Assembly: GCA_047284725.1 (NCBI GenBank)
Contig: JBJBEO010000001.1
Location: 192,001-256,000 of the forward strand
DNA: 64,000 nt
From: Synechococcus sp.
GTDB taxonomy: Bacteria > Cyanobacteriota > Cyanobacteriia > PCC-6307 > Cyanobiaceae
Direction: 5' to 3'
Position numbers and translations under genes: made by a program. The notes under the pieces are model-generated. The model ran no database searches, was not told the origin of the DNA, and was given only the letters and a program-made list of their open reading frames with translations. This document shows positions 1 through 10,401 of the stretch, one piece after another; the first letter of the stretch is position 1; every line of letters starts with the position of its first letter.

Positions 1-174
1 CCCCGCGATCTGTTCACGCCGGTCTTTGCCATCTCCCGGGTGGCCGGTTGGCTGGCTCACTGGCGTGAGCAGCTCGGGGCTAACCGTATTTTCAGGCCCT
101 CGCAGATCTACACCGGCAGCAATCAGCGTCACTGGATCCCACTCAATAGCCGGATTCCGGCTGCGGGCGCCTAA
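1..174 (+). CDS. gltA: Citrate synthase, C-terminal part (gene starts before the window)
   Basis: Frame 1 reads PRDLFTPVFAISRVAGWLAHWREQLGANRIFRPSQIYTG..., the citrate synthase C-terminal motif; TAA at 172-174. Confidence 0.9.
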   Translation, partial: PRDLFTPVFAISRVAGWLAHWREQLGANRIFRPSQIYTGSNQRHWIPLNSRIPAAGA

Positions 175-198
175 GTTGCTTTGATCTCACCCGTGAAT

Positions 199-1353
199 AT
201 GGTGACCCCCCTCGCCACCACAACGACGGCCTTGGTGAGCCCCGGTCTCGACCTTGAGCTCAGCTTCAGTCAGGCATTGCAGGCTTTTGGTCTGCCAGCC
301 GATGTGGCCCATCTGATCTGGCTGCCACTGCCGATGCTGCTGGTGTTGGTGGCGGCTGTGGTGGGGGTTCTGGTCACCGTTTGGCTGGAGCGCAAGATCT
401 CTGCGGCGGTGCAGCAGCGGATCGGCCCTGAATACGCCGGTGCCCTCGGCGTGCTGCAGCCTCTGGCCGACGGCCTCAAGCTGCTCGTCAAGGAAGACAT
501 CATCCCGGCGCGGGCCGACAGCCTTCTGTTCACCCTCGGACCGGTGCTGGTGGTGGTGCCGGTCATCCTGTCGTGGCTGATCGTTCCCTTCGGTCAGAAC
601 CTGCTGGTGAGCAATGTCGGCGTGGGCATTTTTCTCTGGATTTCCCTCAGCAGCATTCAGCCCATCGGTCTGCTGATGAGTGGTTATGCCTCTAACAACA
701 AATATTCACTGCTCGGTGGTCTCCGGGCCGCGGCTCAGTCGATCAGCTACGAGATTCCCCTCGCCCTGGCGGTGCTGGCCATCGTGATGATGAGCAATTC
801 CCTCAGCACGATTGACATCGTCAACCAGCAGACCGGTGCAGGTCTGCTCAGCTGGAACATCTGGCGCCAGCCAGTGGGTTTCCTGATCTTCTGGATCTGC
901 GCCCTGGCTGAATGCGAGCGTCTTCCCTTCGACCTGCCTGAGGCGGAGGAGGAGCTGGTCGCCGGCTATCAAACCGAGTATGCCGGCATGAAGTTCGCCC
1001 TCTTCTACCTGGGCAGCTACATCAACCTCGTTCTCTCCGCTCTGTTGGTGTCGGTGCTGTATCTGGGTGGCTGGGGATTCCCTGTTCCGGTGGAATGGCT
1101 TGCTGGCTGGATGGGCCAGTCGGTGGATGCGCCCTTGGTGCAGGTGATCACGGGCAGCGTGGGCATTGTGATGACAGTGCTCAAGGCCTATCTGCTCGTT
1201 TTCTTTGCCATCCTGTTGCGCTGGACCACTCCGCGGGTGCGTATCGATCAGCTTCTCAATCTGGGATGGAAGTTTCTGCTTCCTTTGGCTCTGGTCAATC
1301 TGCTTGTCACTGCCGCCCTCAAGCTGGCCTTTCCTGTGGCCTTTGGCGGCTGA
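199..1353 (+). CDS. ndhA: NDH-1 subunit A (NuoH family)
   Basis: [26 protein letters not shown] and [19 protein letters not shown] motifs; ATG at 199 preferred over TTG at 181. Confidence 0.97.
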   Translation: MVTPLATTTTALVSPGLDLELSFSQALQAFGLPADVAHLIWLPLPMLLVLVAAVVGVLVTVWLERKISAAVQQRIGPEYAGALGVLQPLADGLKLLVKEDIIPARADSLLFTLGPVLVVVPVILSWLIVPFGQNLLVSNVGVGIFLWISLSSIQPIGLLMSGYASNNKYSLLGGLRAAAQSISYEIPLALAVLAIVMMSNSLSTIDIVNQQTGAGLLSWNIWRQPVGFLIFWICALAECERLPFDLPEAEEELVAGYQTEYAGMKFALFYLGSYINLVLSALLVSVLYLGGWGFPVPVEWLAGWMGQSVDAPLVQVITGSVGIVMTVLKAYLLVFFAILLRWTTPRVRIDQLLNLGWKFLLPLALVNLLVTAALKLAFPVAFGG

Positions 1354-1404
1354 TCAAGCTGCTCAACCTTTCATCCGCTCACTGTTTCTCTCCGCTTCCA
1401 GGTC

Positions 1405-2049
1405 ATGCTCGGATTCCTCAAGCAGGTCGGTGACTACACCAGGGACACCATCGATGCGGCCCGCAATCTGACGCAGGGTCTGGCCGTCACCTTCGATCAC
1501 ATGAAGCGCCGTCCAGTGACGGTGCAGTATCCCTATGAAAAACTGATTCCGTCGGAGCGTTACCGCGGCAGGATCCACTACGAATTCGACAAGTGCATCG
1601 CCTGTGAGGTGTGTGTCCGGGTCTGTCCGATCAACCTGCCGGTTGTCGATTGGGTGATGAACAAGCAGACCAAGAAAAAGGAGCTGCGCAACTATTCGAT
1701 TGACTTCGGGGTTTGCATCTTCTGTGGCAATTGTGTGGAGTACTGCCCTACCAATTGCCTGTCGATGACCGAGGAATACGAGTTGGCTGCCTTTGATCGC
1801 CACAGCCTCAACTTCGACAACGTTGCCCTTGGTCGTCTGCCCACCAGCGTCACCACCGATCCTTCCGTTCAGCCGCTGCGCGAACTCGCTTATTTGCCTG
1901 CAGGTGAGATGGATCCCCATGGCGTGGCAGCGGATCGCCCTCGCGCCGGCCAGTTGCCGGAGCAGGTGCTGGCCTCCATGCCCAAGACGACCGCAGATGG
2001 GGGAGAATCCCCTTCGTCTGCCCCCACCAAGGAGGAGAACGCAGGATGA
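1405..2049 (+). CDS. ndhI: NDH-1 subunit I (two 4Fe-4S clusters)
   Basis: [12 protein letters not shown] and [12 protein letters not shown] ferredoxin motifs; follows ndhA. Confidence 0.97.
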   Translation: MLGFLKQVGDYTRDTIDAARNLTQGLAVTFDHMKRRPVTVQYPYEKLIPSERYRGRIHYEFDKCIACEVCVRVCPINLPVVDWVMNKQTKKKELRNYSIDFGVCIFCGNCVEYCPTNCLSMTEEYELAAFDRHSLNFDNVALGRLPTSVTTDPSVQPLRELAYLPAGEMDPHGVAADRPRAGQLPEQVLASMPKTTADGGESPSSAPTKEENAG

Positions 2050-2648
2050 CCATTGCTGCGTCGACCCAGCTGATCTGCTTCCTCGTTCTCTCTGCCGTTG
2101 TCGCCATCGGTGGATTGGGTGTGGTGCTGCTGAGCAACATTGTTTATTCCGCTTTCCTTCTCGGAGGCGTGTTCATGGCGGTGGCTGGCCTTTATCTGCT
2201 CCTCAATGCCAGCTTCGTCGCCGCCGCCCAGGTGCTCGTGTACGTGGGTGCTGTGAATGTGCTGATCCTGTTCGCGATCATGCTCGTGAACAAACGAGAA
2301 GACCTGGCCCCGATTCAGGGGCTGCAGACCCGCAGGCTGATTTCTGGTGGCGTCTGTGCCGGTTTGTTCGCCCTCTTGGTGCGTGTGGCGCTCACCACCC
2401 CCTGGGCTGTGCCGGGTCCCCAGGCCGTGGGTGAAGGTGCAACCGTTCGCATCGGTGAGCATCTGTTCACCGATTATCTGCTTCCCTTCGAGCTGGCCTC
2501 TGTTCTGCTGTTGATGGCGATGATCGGGGCGATCGTTCTGGCCCGTCGCGATGTCCAGTCCACGGATCTGGGCACGGGCGAATCGGCCGATCAGGGCCTG
2601 ATTGAAAAGTCCCGGACTCCCCTCCTGGCGGATCAGCCTCCCGTCTGA
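2046..2648 (+). CDS. ndhG: NDH-1 subunit G (NuoJ family)
   Basis: [22 protein letters not shown] and [14 protein letters not shown] overlap with ndhI. Confidence 0.96.
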   Translation: MTIAASTQLICFLVLSAVVAIGGLGVVLLSNIVYSAFLLGGVFMAVAGLYLLLNASFVAAAQVLVYVGAVNVLILFAIMLVNKREDLAPIQGLQTRRLISGGVCAGLFALLVRVALTTPWAVPGPQAVGEGATVRIGEHLFTDYLLPFELASVLLLMAMIGAIVLARRDVQSTDLGTGESADQGLIEKSRTPLLADQPPV

Positions 2649-2688
2649 TTCAGTTCTCTTCCTTCTTCTTTCCGACTATCTGCACCCC

Positions 2689-3018
2689 ATGTCTGAGTTG
2701 CTGAACGGGTCTGTTCCCCTTGAGGCTTATCTCCTTTTGGCTGCTGTGCTGTTCTGCACTGGAGTCTGGGGACTGATCAACAGCCGCAATGCCGTGCGCG
2801 TGTTGATGAGTATTGAGTTGATGCTGAACGCTGTGAACATCAACCTGATGGCGTTTTCGTCTTATGTCGATGGCGATCTCATCCGGGGTCAGGTGTTTGC
2901 CGTGTTCGTGATCACGGTGGCTGCCGCGGAAGCAGCCGTCGGACTGGCGATTTTGCTGTCGCTCTATCGCAACCGTGTCACAGTCGATATGGAACGCTTC
3001 AATCTGCTGCGTTGGTGA
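2689..3018 (+). CDS. ndhE: NDH-1 subunit E (NuoK family)
   Basis: [12 protein letters not shown] and [14 protein letters not shown] at 2689. Confidence 0.96.
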   Translation: MSELLNGSVPLEAYLLLAAVLFCTGVWGLINSRNAVRVLMSIELMLNAVNINLMAFSSYVDGDLIRGQVFAVFVITVAAAEAAVGLAILLSLYRNRVTVDMERFNLLRW

Positions 3019-3036
3019 TCGTCTGCGCCTGAGCCC

Positions 3037-3987
3037 ATGCGTCTTGACCGGGTCTGGCTGATCTACCGGGCGGAGAGTCCGGTCGCTTTGCGTGAAGCCA
3101 GGCGATGTGCCAGGGACCTCCGTTCCCTCGGGACCGAGGTCACCCTGGCGATGAGCGGACTCACGGCCAATCCGTTCCCCGGCCTCTTGGCTACCACGTC
3201 GGACCTTCCCGACCTGGCCGTGGTTCTGGGTGGGGATGGAACGGTGCTGGGGGCGGCCCGCCATTTGGCGGTGCACAACGTGCCGATCCTGTGTTTCAAC
3301 GTCGGCGGTCATCTCGGCTTTCTCACCCATGACGCCTCTCTGCTGGGCAGTGTGGAGCTCTGGGAGCGCCTGGTTCAGGATCAATTCGCCATGGAGCGGC
3401 GGATGATGCTCCAGGCCACGGTTCATCACGGACGTGATCTGCGTTGTGCCATGGAGGAGGGACGCGGAGGCAGCGATGGGGACGAGAATCCCCCGGAATG
3501 CCACTGGGCCCTCAATGATCTCTATCTACGGCCACATGGTGAGGATCTCGCACCCACATGCATCCTCGAGCTGGAGATTGATGGGGAGGTGGTCGACCAA
3601 GTGCGCGGTGACGGTCTGATTCTTGCCACGCCAACGGGGTCGACCGGCTATGCGATGGCCTCGGGGGGGCCGATTCTCCACCCTGGGATTGATGCGATCA
3701 TCGTCAGCCCGATCTGCCCGATGAGCCTTTCAAGCCGCCCGGTCGTGGTCCCTCCCCGTTCTCGCTTGATGATCTGGCCTCTGGGAGAGGGGGAGCGTCC
3801 TGTCAAGCTGTGGAAGGACGGGGTGTCAGGGGCCGTGCTCGAGGCTGGTGAGTGCTGTGTGGTGCAACGAGCACCTCACGATGCCCTGATGCTCCAGCTC
3901 AATCGCAAGCCTTCCTATTACCGCACCTTGGCTCAGAAGCTTCACTGGGCTGGCAGTTTGGTGGCCTCAGCTCCTTCCCCCAACTGA
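3037..3987 (+). CDS. nadK: NAD kinase
   Basis: GGDGT, GHLGFLT, ALND and [14 protein letters not shown] motifs. Confidence 0.93.
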   Translation: MRLDRVWLIYRAESPVALREARRCARDLRSLGTEVTLAMSGLTANPFPGLLATTSDLPDLAVVLGGDGTVLGAARHLAVHNVPILCFNVGGHLGFLTHDASLLGSVELWERLVQDQFAMERRMMLQATVHHGRDLRCAMEEGRGGSDGDENPPECHWALNDLYLRPHGEDLAPTCILELEIDGEVVDQVRGDGLILATPTGSTGYAMASGGPILHPGIDAIIVSPICPMSLSSRPVVVPPRSRLMIWPLGEGERPVKLWKDGVSGAVLEAGECCVVQRAPHDALMLQLNRKPSYYRTLAQKLHWAGSLVASAPSPN

Positions 3988-3995
3988 GTGGTGTG

Positions 3996-4496
3996 ATGGG
4001 CCTCGAGATCGAACGCCGCTTCCTGATCTGTGCCGAGGGATGGCGTCGCCATGCAGGTGCGCCCCAAGCGTTGCGCCAGGGCTATCTGGCCAGCTCTGAG
4101 CAGGGGGTCACCGTGCGTCTGCGCATCAGTGCCGAGAAGGCCGCCTGGCTCACCCTGAAAGCTCCTGCCGGTGGTTTCGCACGTCATGAGTTCGAGTACC
4201 CCCTGCCTCTGGAGGATGCCGAAGCTCTTTGGGATCTGGCGCCCCATCGCCTGGTGAAGACGCGCTTTGCCCTCGACTTTCCAGGTGGTGATTGGGTTGT
4301 GGACTGCTTTGAAGGCAGCAATGCGCCCTTGTTGCTGGCGGAGGTGGAGTTGCCTTCGGCTGATGCTCCTCTGGAGATACCCCCCTGGTGCGGACGTGAG
4401 ATCACCGGTGACAACCGTTGGAGCAATGCCGCTTTAGCGCTGAATCCTGTGGCGACATGGCCACAGGCCTTGAAAGCTTCTTTCGATTTGCTTTAG
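3996..4496 (+). CDS. CYTH-domain protein (triphosphate tunnel metalloenzyme)
   Basis: N-terminal EIERRFL, later RHEFEY and LAEVEL; ATG at 3996. Confidence 0.88.
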   Translation: MGLEIERRFLICAEGWRRHAGAPQALRQGYLASSEQGVTVRLRISAEKAAWLTLKAPAGGFARHEFEYPLPLEDAEALWDLAPHRLVKTRFALDFPGGDWVVDCFEGSNAPLLLAEVELPSADAPLEIPPWCGREITGDNRWSNAALALNPVATWPQALKASFDLL

Positions 4497-4498
4497 AT

Positions 4499-4744
4499 TT
4501 GATCCACAGGCGTCGGCTGCGGCGTCATTGGCTGCTCGAGCGGCGGGAGGGGGCAGCGGTGGTGGGTCTTTACGACGCAGACGGCATTCTTCGCTTCATG
4601 GGAGCCGATGTGCACGCTTGCAAGGCCTATGCCCAACTGTTTGCTCTCCCCTTGTCCAGTTGTTCTCTGATGCCGATGCCGCGTCCTCAGGAGCCGCTCT
4701 TCAGCAGGCGTCGTTCTCGTCGTCGGGGAGTGAGCAGCAGTTGA
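4499..4744 (+). CDS. Small hypothetical protein
   Basis: TTG 2 nt after the CYTH stop; VVGLYDADGILRFMG core looks folded; fills the gap before the LuxR gene; start uncertain. Confidence 0.5.
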   Translation: MIHRRRLRRHWLLERREGAAVVGLYDADGILRFMGADVHACKAYAQLFALPLSSCSLMPMPRPQEPLFSRRRSRRRGVSSS

Positions 4745-4979
4745 AACCATCACGGCAGATCTTGCCGTGATCCATCGCCCAATTCAGCAGGGCCACTCTG
4801 TTTTTTGAGCCAGTCTTGGTGAAGACATTGCTCACATGGTTGTCCACTGTGCGCTTGCTGATCGTGAGTTGAGCTGCGATCTCTTGGTTGGTGAGCCCTT
4901 CCGCCACCAGGCCGATGATCTCCAGTTCGCGGTTGGAGAGGGAGACGTCCATGGAGCCGGGGATGCTGCCATTGCTCAT
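4701..4979 (-). CDS. pedR: Small LuxR-family regulator, PedR-like
   Basis: LSNRELEII..GLTNQEIA..TVDNHVSN helix-turn-helix; C-terminal ICRDGFNCC three-cysteine motif. Confidence 0.82.
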   Translation of the reverse strand: MSNGSIPGSMDVSLSNRELEIIGLVAEGLTNQEIAAQLTISKRTVDNHVSNVFTKTGSKNRVALLNWAMDHGKICRDGFNCCSLPDDENDAC

Positions 4980-5073
4980 CGTCCCCGCCTCATGCTCTGC
5001 ATTTCATCCTAGGCATGATTTCGGATCTTGATCCCGGTCGCCCATAGTGTCACCTGTGGCCATAGAAACAGGG

Positions 5074-5970
5074 ATGGAGAGCACGGCGCTGCAGCGCAGT
5101 CTTGCCGAGGGAACGCCCACGATTACCGCCGAGGTCATGCCCCCTCGCGGGGGTGATCCCACTCACACCCTCACCATGGCCAAGGCTCTGCGGGGGCGAG
5201 TGCAAGCGGTGAACGTCACCGACGGCAGCCGTGCCGTGATGCGGATGAGCAGCCTGGCTGTGTGCCGATTGCTGCTGGACGCTGGGATCGAACCCGTGCT
5301 GCAACTTGCCTGCCGCGACCGCAATCGCATTGGTCTTCAGGCTGATCTGCTTGGTGCCCATGCCTTGGGCATTCGCAATCTGCTGTGCCTTACGGGGGAT
5401 CCCGTGCGGGCGGGGGATCAACCCAAGGCCAGACCTGTGAATGAATTGGAGTCCGTGCGCCTGCTCCGGCAGGTGACGGCCTTCAACCGCGGCGACGATC
5501 CCGTCAAGGGGGTCTTGCCGGATGGTCCTACGGCGCTGTTTGCCGGCGCCGCTGCCGATCCCCACTGCCCAAGCCAGAGCGGTCTGTTCAAGCGACTGGA
5601 GCGGAAGCGGGAGGCTGGTGCTCGTTTTGTGCAGACTCAGATGGTGATGGATGGCGCCGTCCTGGAGCGGTTCTGCACGGAGTTGGCCGCTCCGCTTGAC
5701 CTGCCTGTGCTTGCAGGCGTGTTTCTGCTCAAGTCGGCTAAGAATGCTCGGTTCATTAACCGTATGGTCCCTGGAGCCTGCATTCCGGACGCGTTGATCG
5801 CCCGGCTGGAGCATGCCGACGATCCGGCTTCAGAGGGGATTGCGATCGCCGCTGAGCAGGTGCGTCGCTACCTGGGGGTGGCCCAGGGGGTGCATCTCAT
5901 GGCGATTCGTGCTGAGGAACGGATCCCTTTGATCCTCGATCAAGCGGGGGTCAGCCCGGTGTCGGGGTGA
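5074..5970 (+). CDS. metF: Methylenetetrahydrofolate reductase
   Basis: AVNVTDG, LACRDRNRIGLQ, LCLTGD and QTQ motifs; start is 5074 (ATG) or 5047 (GTG). Confidence 0.92.
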   Translation: MESTALQRSLAEGTPTITAEVMPPRGGDPTHTLTMAKALRGRVQAVNVTDGSRAVMRMSSLAVCRLLLDAGIEPVLQLACRDRNRIGLQADLLGAHALGIRNLLCLTGDPVRAGDQPKARPVNELESVRLLRQVTAFNRGDDPVKGVLPDGPTALFAGAAADPHCPSQSGLFKRLERKREAGARFVQTQMVMDGAVLERFCTELAAPLDLPVLAGVFLLKSAKNARFINRMVPGACIPDALIARLEHADDPASEGIAIAAEQVRRYLGVAQGVHLMAIRAEERIPLILDQAGVSPVSG

Positions 5971-7129
5971 GATCGGTGCCAAGCAGTTCAGCCATGGCTT
6001 TCTGCTGTGGAGACGGTTCGATCAAGTCAGCGCGGCGTGCGTCCGTGATCAGCCAGTCGAGGGCGGCTTCCTGGAGGTCGAAATGGTCGCCGTTCTTGCC
6101 GACGCAGTAGCGGCCGAACACAAGCTTTTCCACCAGCTGGACCCCGGGGCCGATGCGGGAGTAATCGAAAATGATCGAGTTGTCGATCACGGCCCCTTCA
6201 CAGATCGAACAGCTCGGTCCGATCATCGAGGGTCCGATCAGCGTGGCGCCGTCTTCGATCTTGGTCATGCCGCCCACGTAGATCGGGCCCTGCACATTGA
6301 TCTTGTCCCAGTTGGCGGCAACGTTGAGTCCGGTGAAGACGCCCGGTCGCACTTCCTTCCCTGGAATTCCCACCTGGCGAACCTCGCCAAGCAGCACGCT
6401 GCGGATGGCTTGCCAGTAATCGGGAACCTTGCCGATATCCACCCACTCGAAATCCATCGGCAGGGCATAGAAGGGAGCTTTCTGTTCCACGAGCAGAGGG
6501 AACAGATCTGAGCCGATGTCGAAGGCTTTGCCCGAGGGAATGTGCTCAAAGATCTCCGGCTCGAAGATGTAGATCCCGGTGTTGATCGTGTCGCTCAGTG
6601 CTTCATCCACACTGGGCTTTTCCTGGAAGGCACTGATCCTCCCCTGATCATCCGTAACCACCACGCCGTAGCTGCTCACCTGGTCGCGGGGTACGCGTTT
6701 GGTCACGATGCTGGCGATCGCTCCTTTTTCGCGGTGGCGTCTGACTGCCTCGCTCAGATCGAGGTCGATCAGGGCATCGCCGCAGAGCACCACGAAGGTC
6801 TCGTCGAAGAAGGTCTGAAAATCCTGAATCTTTTTGAGTCCGCCCGCGGAGCCGAGGGCATCACCGATCAGTTCGCCATCTTCAATCCTTCCTTCGAAAC
6901 TGTAGGCGATTTCCACGCCGAACCGCTGGCCATCCCTGAAATAGTTCTCGATTTCTTCCGCCAGGTGAGACACGTTCACCATCACTTCGGTGAAGCCGTG
7001 CTCCTTGAGCAGCTCCAGCAGAAATTCCATCACCGGCTTCTGCAGGATCGGAATCATCGGCTTGGGGATCACATGAGTGATCGGCTGGACCCGCGTCCCT
7101 TTTCCGGCCGCCAGGATCATCGCCTTCAT
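5951..7129 (-). CDS. cugP: NDP-sugar pyrophosphorylase, cyanobacterial CugP type (UDP-glucose pyrophosphorylase)
   Basis: MKAMILAAGKGTRVQP..PKPMIP, GDAL, FQEKP and a C-terminal hexapeptide region. Confidence 0.8.
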   Translation of the reverse strand: MKAMILAAGKGTRVQPITHVIPKPMIPILQKPVMEFLLELLKEHGFTEVMVNVSHLAEEIENYFRDGQRFGVEIAYSFEGRIEDGELIGDALGSAGGLKKIQDFQTFFDETFVVLCGDALIDLDLSEAVRRHREKGAIASIVTKRVPRDQVSSYGVVVTDDQGRISAFQEKPSVDEALSDTINTGIYIFEPEIFEHIPSGKAFDIGSDLFPLLVEQKAPFYALPMDFEWVDIGKVPDYWQAIRSVLLGEVRQVGIPGKEVRPGVFTGLNVAANWDKINVQGPIYVGGMTKIEDGATLIGPSMIGPSCSICEGAVIDNSIIFDYSRIGPGVQLVEKLVFGRYCVGKNGDHFDLQEAALDWLITDARRADLIEPSPQQKAMAELLGTDLTPTPG

Positions 7130-7173
7130 GGACGCTTCAGGCTCTAGATCGATCAATCAACTTAAAGGTCCAT

Positions 7174-8082
7174 TCAGGCTGCAATCGCTTGTTCGGCCGG
7201 CACAGCATCTGGCACGTCCAGTTGGCTGATCGGCAGCTGGGCTGCGGTGCCGGGAGCCAACAGTCGTTTGAGCTGCAGCGGGCCGTGCAGGTTGCCCTCC
7301 TGCTGCAGTTCCACCTGGCCTTGTGATGAGAGAAACAGCAGGGCCCAGAACACACCGACCCGGTCGGTATCGAGATCTGTGGGGGCCACCTCACACCACT
7401 GCGTCACCAGCTGTTCAAAGTCGGTCCAATGCAGCACGGTTTCCCAGTTCTGCAGAAACACTCCAAGGGCCGCAGTGGTTTCCGGCAGTTTTTCGCGATG
7501 GGCCAGAGCGGCCACCTGGGCGATGGCTTCACGGTTGCTGAAGCGCTTGGCCTTCTGGCGACGGCGCATCTCCAGCTCATCGGTCTCGAGTTGTTCGGCG
7601 ATGGATTCAAGTTGCTCGATCAGTTCCCCGAGGGTCACCGGGCGGCGCAGGGGCGGTGGGGCCACAGGACGACGTTCGAGGTGTCGCTCCGGCCGGCGCG
7701 GCAGGTTGAAATCGGGATCGAGCCAGCCTTGATCGCTGAGTTCGGCTTCGAACTCTTCTTCCACCAGGGGCTCTGGGGGGAAGGTCTGCGCTTCCAGCAT
7801 CTCGGCTTTCAGGCCCACCAGCACTCCGGCAGCCAGAAAGGCTTCACTGCTGTCGGCCAGGTCGCGTTCGTAACTCCCACCACGGCCCTGAAGAGCGGCC
7901 TCCACCTGTCGTGGCACCTCGATCCGCTGACGCAGCTGGTCGAGAAATCCATCAACAACGGCGATCACATCCACATCCCAGGGATCGAGATCGCCCCGTT
8001 GAGCGGCATCCTGCAGCAGACGGATCGCCAGTCTTGCTCCCGCATCAGCGCGTTGAGGTCGGCTGATGTCAGGCACTCTCAC
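7174..8082 (-). CDS. scpA: Segregation and condensation protein A (kleisin)
   Basis: LDPWDVDVI, VTLGELIEQL and FWALLFLSSQGQVELQQ winged-helix end; start uncertain. Confidence 0.88.
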   Translation of the reverse strand: MRVPDISRPQRADAGARLAIRLLQDAAQRGDLDPWDVDVIAVVDGFLDQLRQRIEVPRQVEAALQGRGGSYERDLADSSEAFLAAGVLVGLKAEMLEAQTFPPEPLVEEEFEAELSDQGWLDPDFNLPRRPERHLERRPVAPPPLRRPVTLGELIEQLESIAEQLETDELEMRRRQKAKRFSNREAIAQVAALAHREKLPETTAALGVFLQNWETVLHWTDFEQLVTQWCEVAPTDLDTDRVGVFWALLFLSSQGQVELQQEGNLHGPLQLKRLLAPGTAAQLPISQLDVPDAVPAEQAIAA

Positions 8083-8152
8083 TCAAGCATTGCCTGAAAG
8101 GTATCGGCCTAACGGCTGTCTGGCCACTGTCTGGCTCGAACGGAGTGCCGGT

Positions 8153-8542
8153 TCAGGAGGCACTGATGTCGAGATGATCGGTGGAGTCGTTGGTGTCGTC
8201 ACTGACGCTGGCTTTGGCGGAAGGCAGAAGACCGAGCTGGGTTTCAACGGTGGAGCGATAACGGTTGAGATCGCCTTCCAGTTCTTCGATACGCACCTGC
8301 TGTGCTTGCATTTCCTCATCTTTGCTGAGGGTCTCCACCGTGTTGAGCATCCCGCTCCAAGCGGCAAAGAGCCAGGCAGAGGCTGCTCCCACCCCCGACG
8401 AAACCAGCAGAAGAGCCGCCAGCGGCAGGGTGTAATGCACTCCGGGCAGGATGTGCACGGTGGTGGCGGCAGTGTTTTCGAGGGTGAAGAACACCATCGC
8501 CAGACCGAAGGCGAAGATCAGGCCGAAATTGATCTGACGCAT
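8153..8542 (-). CDS. LapA / DUF1049-family membrane protein
   Basis: Two hydrophobic helices (FFTLENT..V; LPLAALLL) followed by a coiled coil. Confidence 0.75.
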   Translation of the reverse strand: MRQINFGLIFAFGLAMVFFTLENTAATTVHILPGVHYTLPLAALLLVSSGVGAASAWLFAAWSGMLNTVETLSKDEEMQAQQVRIEELEGDLNRYRSTVETQLGLLPSAKASVSDDTNDSTDHLDISAS

Positions 8543-8621
8543 GGCAAGAAGTGCTCAAGCCTGAAACGTACGGGGCTTGGCTGTCTCCGTACGTTTCCGA
8601 TGGCAGAACAGACGAAGTTCG

Positions 8622-10286
8622 TTACGCCCCCGGCAGCGTCGGTGCCCGCAGTACGGCAGGGGCAACCGGTGCGGTGCGGATCAGCGGAGCTGTGGGCTGG
8701 GTGATCCGTTGCATGGCCACCACATCTCTGCTCACCAGTGCTTCGATCGAACTGCGGTAGCTGTCGGTCATCAGCTTGGGATAGAGGCCGATCCCGATGA
8801 TCGGGACGAGAAGGCAGCCAATCACGTACACCTCACGAGGCTCTGCATCCACCAGATTCGAGTGGGAGGTCAGGTCGGCGTTTTCCTTGCCGAAGAAGAT
8901 TTCCCGCAGCATCGATAGCAGATAAATCGGCGTCAGAATCACGCCGATGGCGGCCAGGCCGTCGATCACGATCCGGAAGGTGAGGCTGTAGGCCTCGTCA
9001 GTGGCGAAGCCGGCGAACACCATCAGTTCGCTCACAAAGCCGCTCATGCCAGGCAGGGCAAGGGATGCAAGGGAGCAGACAGTCCAGAGCGCAAACATCA
9101 CGCGCATCTTCTGCCCAACGCCGCCCATTTCATCCAGCTGGAGGGTGTGGGTGCGGTCGTAGGTGGCACCCACCAGGAAGAACAGACTGGCGCCGATCAG
9201 CCCGTGGCTGATCATCTGCAACATGGCTCCACTGGTACCCAGATCACTGAAGCTGCCAATGCCGATGAGAACAAAGCCCATGTGGCTGATCGAGCTGTAA
9301 GCGATTTTGCGCTTGAGGTTGCGCTGGGCGAAGGAGGTGAGTGCGGCATAGATGATGTTCACCACGCCCAGCACCACGAGCAGAGGTGCGAACTGGGCGT
9401 GGGCTTCGGGAAGGATCTCCGCGTTGAAGCGCATCAAGGCGTAACCGCCCATCTTCAACAGGATCCCGGCCAGCAGCATGTGCACGGGCGCTGTCGCTTC
9501 TCCATGGGCGTCCGGCAGCCAGGTGTGCAGCGGCACGATCGGCAGTTTCACGCCGAAGGCGATGAGCAGGCCGGCATAGCAAAGCAGCTGGAAGCCAGTG
9601 CTGAAGCCCTTCTGGGCCAGAACGCTGTATTCGAAATTCGGAGTGCCGCCACCGAAGAAGCCCATCGCCAGGGCCGCCAGCAGGATGAATAGCGAACTGC
9701 CCGCGGTGTAGAGGATGAATTTGGTGGCTGCGTACTGACGCTTTTTCCCACCCCAGATGGCGAGCAGGAGATAAACCGGGATCAGCTCCAACTCCCAGGC
9801 GAGGAAGAACAGGAGCATGTCCTGTACAGCGAAGACGGCGATCTGTCCTCCATCCATGGCCAGGATGAGGAAGAAGAACAATTTCGGTTTGAACGTCACC
9901 GGCCAGGCGGCCAGTACGGCCAGGGCCGTGATGAAACTGGTGAGCAGAATCAAGGGCATCGAGAGGCCGTCCGCTCCCACAGCCCAGGTGAGGCCGAGGG
10001 CGGGTAGCCAGCTCACCCGTTCCGCCAGCTGCAACCCGCTGATGCTGGGGTCGTAGCCATCCAGGTAGGCGGCCACGGTGATCAGGAAGGTGATCAGGGC
10101 AATTCCCAGGGCGAACCAGCGCACCTGCTTGCCTTCGCCCTGGTCGGGGAAGAAGGGAACAATCAGAGCACCGACGATCGGGAAGAGGATCGAAAGGCTC
10201 AGCCAGGGAACCCCCGCTGCGATTACATCAGCAGGCAGACCTGCTAGCTGCGGATCGAAGGGTGGGCTGACGGCAAACTCCAGCAC
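8622..10286 (-). CDS. ndhD: NDH-1 subunit D (NuoM family, NdhD1 type)
   Basis: [26 protein letters not shown] and [13 protein letters not shown]; downstream of ndhF; GTG start at 10286 inferred. Confidence 0.96.
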   Translation of the reverse strand: MLEFAVSPPFDPQLAGLPADVIAAGVPWLSLSILFPIVGALIVPFFPDQGEGKQVRWFALGIALITFLITVAAYLDGYDPSISGLQLAERVSWLPALGLTWAVGADGLSMPLILLTSFITALAVLAAWPVTFKPKLFFFLILAMDGGQIAVFAVQDMLLFFLAWELELIPVYLLLAIWGGKKRQYAATKFILYTAGSSLFILLAALAMGFFGGGTPNFEYSVLAQKGFSTGFQLLCYAGLLIAFGVKLPIVPLHTWLPDAHGEATAPVHMLLAGILLKMGGYALMRFNAEILPEAHAQFAPLLVVLGVVNIIYAALTSFAQRNLKRKIAYSSISHMGFVLIGIGSFSDLGTSGAMLQMISHGLIGASLFFLVGATYDRTHTLQLDEMGGVGQKMRVMFALWTVCSLASLALPGMSGFVSELMVFAGFATDEAYSLTFRIVIDGLAAIGVILTPIYLLSMLREIFFGKENADLTSHSNLVDAEPREVYVIGCLLVPIIGIGLYPKLMTDSYRSSIEALVSRDVVAMQRITQPTAPLIRTAPVAPAVLRAPTLPGA

Positions 10287-10360
10287 GTGCAAGCCTTTTC
10301 AGTCTTGCTGGAGTGTAGAAACGCCTAGAGTTTTCACACCAAATGATTGGCGTTGAGACA

Positions 10361-10388
10361 CACAGCGTCAGAGAACGCTGGCGCTGTG
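10361..10388. other. Intercistronic hairpin between ndhF and ndhD
   Basis: CACAGCGTCAG-agaacg-CTGGCGCTGTG imperfect 11-bp stem, no clean U tract. Confidence 0.45.
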
Positions 10389-10401
10389 GACCTCGAAACG
10401 A

